DNA from: Clostridiaceae bacterium
GTDB taxonomy: Bacteria; Bacillota; Clostridia; Oscillospirales; QAMX01
Reading direction: 5' to 3'
DNA length: 64,000 nucleotides
Assembly: GCA_034926225.1 (NCBI GenBank)
Contig: JAYFRF010000001.1
Span: 165,962 to 229,961 of the forward strand
Shown here: one piece after another, positions 63,935-64,000 of the stretch
How the letters are laid out: each line of letters opens with the position of its first letter
How positions within the stretch are numbered: position 1 is the stretch's first letter
Translations under genes and position numbers: made by a program
Notes under the pieces: generated by a model
What the model was told of the DNA's origin: nothing
Databases searched by the model: none
Seen by the model: only the letters and a program-made list of their open reading frames with translations

Positions 63935-64000
63935 TCAGCGAATGGATTCCGGCGGATAAGTTATGGCAGGGATAAACTCCGGCATACCGGTTTCCTCGGA
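63935..64000 (-). CDS. 3' end of a gene cut by the window edge (possibly an AraC-type regulator C-terminus)
   Basis: The minus-strand reading is ..SEETGMPEFIPAITYPPESIR*. Only 21 codons are visible, and ETGM is weakly reminiscent of AraC HTH tails. Confidence 0.25.
   Translation of the reverse strand, partial: SEETGMPEFIPAITYPPESIR

Noticed and set aside
1-64000. CRISPR arrays, rRNA genes, an intact IS element, prophage structural genes, retron/DGR reverse transcriptases and recognisable defence systems
   Set aside because: I saw no spacer-repeat periodicity, no rRNA-like segments and no long ORFs with RT, nuclease, helicase or ATPase defence signatures. The only transposase signal is the 73-aa fragment at 47746-47967.

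Overview
This is a 64-kb chromosomal segment from a GC-rich Firmicute, probably a spore-forming Clostridia or Oscillospiraceae-like gut anaerobe. That placement is inferred from gene content: a Tlp-type spore protein, an ECF S-component, the membrane pyrophosphatase HppA and many glycan-degrading enzymes.

The backbone carries:
- host-glycan and fucose catabolism: a GH36/27-like alpha-galactosidase, a GH95 alpha-L-fucosidase, a GH38 alpha-mannosidase, FucI, an RhaM-like mutarotase, an SGNH esterase, two amidohydrolase-2 proteins, a NagB-like deaminase, four Gfo/Idh/MocA oxidoreductases and an AraC regulator;
- a 10-gene Mrp/Mbh-type cation:proton antiporter operon;
- ZupT, HppA, GlpK, Hsp33 and an EAL phosphodiesterase;
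- a five-gene tRNA operon (Val-Asp-Phe-Gly-Gly) and a tRNA-Pro;
- the housekeeping block rpmE, hflX, yigZ, dgt, dnaG and rpoD.

Three AT-rich accessory patches interrupt this backbone:
- 1-4459, abutting the 3' end of rlmD;
- about 39.6-40.4 kb, next to tRNA-Gly;
- about 43.5-49.5 kb, next to tRNA-Pro. This one holds a frameshifted methyltransferase, a P-type ATPase, a transposase fragment and a nest of tiny spore-protein-like genes.

The most unusual structure is the rlmD-adjacent patch. It holds co-oriented cargo genes separated by four copies of a conserved 110-190 bp module that contains phased ACATCYAA sub-repeats. It also holds three displaced, diverged copies of the last ~20 codons of rlmD and a 31-codon stub resembling the start of a large serine recombinase. 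I read this as serial integration (SCC-like accretion) or a cassette-type gene-capture array at an rRNA-methyltransferase 3' end.

I saw no CRISPR array, rRNA gene, intact transposase or intact integrase. All calls come from reading the sequence and the supplied ORF translations; no database search was run.
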